Assembly: GCA_029953675.1 (NCBI GenBank)
Contig: JAMWBK010000004.1
Span: 1,012,001 to 1,260,000, forward strand
DNA length: 248,000 bases
From: Rhodosorus marinus CCMP1338
Lineage: Eukaryota; Plantae; Rhodophyta
Direction of reading: 5' to 3'
Shown here: positions 243,049-248,000 of the stretch, piece by piece
Position numbering within the stretch: position 1 is the first letter of the stretch
Layout: each line of letters opens with the position of its first letter
The notes under the pieces: generated by a model
The model's input: the letters and a program-made list of their open reading frames with translations, nothing else
Databases searched by the model: none
Told to the model about the DNA's origin: nothing
Program-made: the position numbers and the translations under genes

Positions 243049-244458
243049 ATGAGTGAAGAGTTTGGTCCGGGCCAGCTGTCTACTTCAGCTCCGGTCCGGT
243101 ATGCTCACCCACCCTTTGCGATGTTCCTCTACGGCGGGGTGGTCCAAGAGGATGAACACGTAACGGTTTGGGAGCCAAAGTCTGGAAAAACGGTTGCCGG
243201 GAACGCTGCCCCGTACCGGAAAAATCTTCGGGGATGGTTGCTGCAGCATCCGGGCTGGGAAGAAAAAGCAGACGAGCTCAAAACATCCAAGAGAAGATCT
243301 GCGGCTAGGAAGCAAAAGGCTGTTGCCTCCGCGTTCGCTGCAATGTGCGCTCATGCTAGTGATATCGTGCATGCCGTTTCCAACGAGGTTGCGGGTTGGC
243401 TTGCGGCCACGGGAGCATCTCGCGCTACCGATAGCGATGGCGAATGGTCACAGGATGATGAAATACGCCTAAAGGAGGCTCTTGTACAGAGAGGAGAACA
243501 GCTATATTTTTCTGGAGGCAAACTTACAAACGACTCAGAACTGCAATGGAAGGGGATATGTGCGGCTTTTGTTCCTCGGCGATCCGGAGTGGACGTTCTC
243601 CGCAAGTCTAGGGACCTGCTCGAGCAGGGCTTGCTCTCCTACTCGAATGACGGAAGGATGTATCGCTCAACGTCGGGCTACGGCTCTCCGGTCGATGCCA
243701 CTGGGCACCCAACGGCGTCACCGCTTTCGTCTTCTCTCTCTTTCCTGGAACGCCAACTGCTTCCTCCTCGGGAGCCCCGTATAACCGTATGGGACCCTGC
243801 TACTGGTGCGTACTCACTGAGTAGTATCCTGTTCCTGCGCGTTTTGTGTCCACGCTCATTAGCTGATTTCAACCCTGGACCCAAGAGCGTACAACCTGCT
243901 TTATCGGCATATGCAATCAACTCTTTCATTCGGTTTCCGCTCTGACCCAAGTGCTCCCAATCTTCTTTGCGCATGATAGGACGGACTGTATCGGGGAATG
244001 CTGCGCCCTGCAGAAGAAATCTGGATACGTGGATCCGAGCTCACCCGGGATGGGAGCCAAAGACTGAAGACCAGCTGTCAAGTAGTAGGAGAGTAAAGAG
244101 CAAGAGAGATGGCTCCGTCGGGTTCAGCGCCATGTCGACGTCCACTCCGCAACTCAGCGACGCGCTTGACGCGCTCATGTTGCTGGGTCAGAGCCCTACG
244201 GTTGGCTCAGGTAGGGTCTCCCGCTTAAGCAATACGTTTCTGTGGATCGGCATACCAGGGTACTCACTTCTAGTTCTACGTTTTTCGTCGTTGACAGCTC
244301 CACCTATTGCAGTAGACCGCAAGGTTGAGACGGCTTCAACATCAAGTGACATGGACATTGACAATGGCGACTTTGACGAAATCGACGATGAGCTGGAGGA
244401 ACAGAATACTCATCGCCCAATGATCAGAAGTTCAGCGCCCATGTCAATTCCGGATTGA
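243049..244458 (+). CDS. BRK, Myb/SANT-like, BRK protein, multi-exon
   Basis: VTVWEPKSGKTVAGNAAPYRKNLRGWLLQHPGWE and, after splicing, ITVWDPATGRTVSGNAAPCRRNLDTWIRAHPGWE; EWSQDDEIRL..WKGI..RRS. Confidence 0.75.
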
Positions 244459-245616
244459 TTAGAGTGACCATAGATTCCCAGAGTTTTCGCAAGCCTTTTC
244501 AAACAGGAGTCCGCTTCCGAAGGTTCCGAGTGCAGATAGCCAAACAGGTCGTTGGAGCCCAGCTTCAGTAATTGAAACGTACTTATTTCTAAGCTAAACA
244601 TAGGAGGATTTTGTTCCATGGAAGAATGATTAGCTCGCTTTGGAGGCTTCAGAGGCCCTGTGGTCGGTTTTTCGAGATTCCGTTACCTCTCGGAGAGCTG
244701 GTCACGTACTGTAGTTCATGCCTTTCTTTAACGGCTCTGCTGCAGGTTTTGCCAGCCCGTTGCCGAGGTATTGCAACGTGCCAAGCGCAATCGGCGGGTC
244801 ACAAGGAGCCCGTGAACTTCGGTGAAGACCAAAAGGTAGGAGCCCCCGTGTATCGAACACGTACTCCGAACATGGGTGAGAGACATCTGTCGGTACCGTG
244901 CACGACGTTTTCTACCCTGAGCCCTTGCTAGGCCGGCCCGAATAAGCCACCTCGAAATGGTCAACGGACAGGAGGACAGCCGGCGCTCCTTGTTGGTGTG
245001 AAGAACATTCGCCTTGGCGAGGTGTGCAGAGAATCCGAGAACCTTGTTAATTGCATTTGAAGTTTGTTATGTGAAAAGCGAATCTCATCAAAAAAAAACA
245101 AAAAACGCAGTCAGTCAGTCCATGCGGTAACGAGTTCGCTTAGAAAACCTCAGGACCACCCATCCTTTTCTCTTTCCCTGCCAAACCGACTACCCTCTAC
245201 AATCGATCCAGGGAGCCCGCGAGATTGAGAGACAATCTTCGTTCAAACTTGCATATCATAGTATGGTAACATGCTCTCAGTCGGAGCTATCCGAACTTTT
245301 CTTCCAAAGAACCTTCACGTCCGGCCTGCGCTTTGGAAGACCTCTCCCAAAATTGTCTCTGCATGTTGACATTCAGACCTTCAATCGGATATCTTTATTT
245401 GTTTTTTCTTCTTTAAAACGTCTTCGGATGGGAATTTTGGGACATTGGGAAAAAGGCGGATCGACGACGAGGGTAAAAAATTGGTGTCTCTGAAGAGTAG
245501 ATTTGAGGATGGGGAGAGGAGGGGTTGGGGGGGAAGGAGTGAGAGGGAAGCAATCGGGTAAAGGATCGTATAAGCTGAGTCTTAGAGGGTTTGTAGTGGT
245601 AGTCTGTTTTAAGGAT

Positions 245617-247732
245617 ATGATGGATGGTCCTGCGAGCGTAGCGAGGGGAAACGGGATGAGCAAGGAAAGCGATGGGTTTCTATCGAGAGTATCTGAACGG
245701 GCCAAGTCTACGAGATTGGGGAATATAACAGCCGCGAGAAGCGTTGCTGATGCCGTGAGGACATCATTAGGTCCAAGGGGAATGGATAAGATGGTTCAGA
245801 CGGAAACCGGCGACGTTTTGGTAACCAATGATGGGGCGACGATCCTAGAGAAAATGAACGTGCAGCATCCTGCCGCGAAAACACTTGTGCAGCTTTCAAA
245901 GGCTCAGGATATTGAGGCCGGTGATGGTACGACATCCGTAGTAGTTATCTGTGGTGCTTTGCTGGAGGCCAGCCTGGAGCTCCTCGAAATCGGAATTCAT
246001 CCGACGATCATCTCAGAATGCTTTCAGGTAACTGTGGCGTTCACCGTGGACTTTGCAATGTTCACAAAGCCGTTGCCTGGAAAACTGACTCATGATCTGA
246101 AATCTTGTGGTGGTCTGGATGCAGATCGGCTTGGATAAGTCCCTGGGTGTGTTGGAGTCCATGTCCACTCCCGTGGACCTAGAAAATCGTGAAGAGCTGG
246201 TGCGAGCGGCGTCCACTTCTCTGAATTCCAAGGTCGTTGCACAGCATGCTTCCCTGCTTGCACCGCTCTCCGTGGACGCCGTGTTGTCTATAGCTGGTGA
246301 TGAGCGTCAGGGAGCAGATCTGAGGAACATCCGCGTTGTAAAAAAGTTGGCGGGCACCGTTGATGAAACAGAGCTCATCCCCGGTCTTTTGTTGAACCAA
246401 ACTGCGGAAAGTGGCGCAAGCGGTCCGACGAGGATTGAAAAGGCTAAAATTGCGTTGATCCAGTTCCAGTTGTCCCCGCCCAAGACCGACATGGAGAACA
246501 GCGTTGTTGTCCAGGACTACGCAGCGATGGACCGTATTCTGAAAGAGGAGCGGACTTACATTCTCCAGCTTGTGAAGAAGATCAAGGTTTGTACAAAACA
246601 GAAAGCTTTTCTGACCTTTTGCTGCATTTTGCTTTGGAAATGAGTTTGCATGGGGCTGGCAGTGCGCCGATCTGTTGTGGCAATAGACTGCTGTGGTCGA
246701 TCTCTTAGATTTCACCGCGCAAGACCCCGAGTCTGATTCTGAAACTTCCTTTGTTCGTCTGTTGATCCTCTGCTTTTACCCAGGCCACGGGTGCGAATGT
246801 CCTGTTGATTCAAAAGTCCATTCTTAGGGACGCTGTCACAGATCTATCGTTGCACTTCCTCGCGAAGGTGAAGATCATGGCTGTCACTGATATCGAAAGG
246901 GACGAGATAGAATTTATTTCAAAGACTCTCGACTGTGTTCCTATTGCGTCTCCCGAGGCGCTCTCAGCGGACAAGTTGGGAAAAGCTGAGCTCGTGGAAG
247001 AAGGTAGGGCTTTTTTGCATCAATTCTCGCTTGTGCCAATATCGTAGAAAAAAATGTTCTTGCTCATGATCGTGGACTTTGATCTTCCGTTCCATCAAAT
247101 TCTACAGTGTCCTTTGGATCCGAAAAGGTCGTCAAGGTCACTGGAATTTCGACAACTCCGGACAAGCCGAAAACCGTGTCGGTCTTGCTGCGTGGATCCA
247201 GCCAAATGGTCTTGGACGAAGCGGAGAGGTCGATCCATGATGCGATGTGCGTCGTGAGGTGTCTTGTGAAGAAGCGGGCTATGATCCCCGGTGGCGCTGC
247301 GCCAGAAATGGAAGTCAGCGTTCAGCTGGCGAAGCTTGCAAAGCAGCTTCCTGGTCACCAAGGTGAGTGGATTCGGCCTATTTAAGGAGCCCCGGCCAGG
247401 CATGCTCGCCCCGACGAATTCAGTCCTCACGCAGCTGGGGTTCGCGTCTTGTAGGTTTTTGTGTCGGGAAGTATGCTAAAGCCCTGGAGGTCATTCCTTA
247501 CACGCTGGCGGAAAACGCCGGGCTCAACCCTATCGAAATCGTAACGGAGCTTAGGAAACTCCACGCAGAGGGCTTGCAAACTTACGGAATCAATGTAAAG
247601 AAGGGAACAGTGACGGACATCGGTGAGGAGCAGGTTGTCATGCCCTTGCTTGTGTTTACGAGCGCGTTGTCGCTGGCAACAGAAGCCGTGAGGATGATTC
247701 TTAAGATTGACGATATCGTCATGACCAGATGA
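245617..247732 (+). CDS. CCT4: T-complex protein 1 subunit delta, multi-exon
   Basis: [51 protein letters not shown]. Confidence 0.95.
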
Positions 247733-248000
247733 AAAACACCCTTTCTCTAGATGAAGGAGCGGCAAGGACGTGAAACAGCGCCTTGGCACTTGCGTGTTTT
247801 GTTTTTTTTTTGCGCTGATGCCCAGCTGCTGCTAGAGTTGCCTGTTTCACTAAAGCGAAGAACGTTTGCATCAGTGTGACGACGGCAGTCTGGTCGAGCG
247901 GGACTTACCGGAGCTCTGGGGAGTGCTTACTGTCTACACTACAAAGGGGCAAAGTTTCATTCTCCACTAGAGACGAGATTCTGCTGAGTAAGATCGGCAT

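Overview
Eukaryotic nuclear DNA, most likely from a red alga. This is inferred from the short GT-AG introns, an MAFV-type plastid transit peptide, Hog/Hint and GH86 genes, and the absence of operons. The window has two compartments. (1) About 1-209 kb is dense in transposons. It holds dozens of CRE-like non-LTR retrotransposon copies (reverse transcriptase plus restriction-like endonuclease) in at least three families (A, B, C), together with Copia, Gypsy and hAT remnants. Among them sit mostly intron-poor genes for secreted or cell-surface proteins: two GH86 beta-porphyranase-like enzymes, an S1 sulfatase, a GSDH-Ig-NPCBM dehydrogenase, a trypsin-Hedgehog/Hint fusion, an RTX-repeat protein, six proteins sharing a Cys-rich domain I cannot name, and four amino-acid permease paralogs. 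(2) About 209-248 kb is transposon-poor and holds intron-containing housekeeping genes (MDHAR, RVE-like MYB, DENR, RTF1, PFDN4, transportin-1, CCT4). The main leads are: a conserved in-frame UAG between ORF1 and ORF2 in family B, versus an AUGUCUGA start-stop overlap in family A; snap-back or template-switch junctions and 10-mer repeat tails on the CRE copies; a possible secreted galactan-remodelling toolkit with eukaryotic GH86; and the modular Cys-rich secreted domain family. All family assignments come from motif recognition by eye, with no database searches. Exon boundaries and element ends are approximate unless stated.
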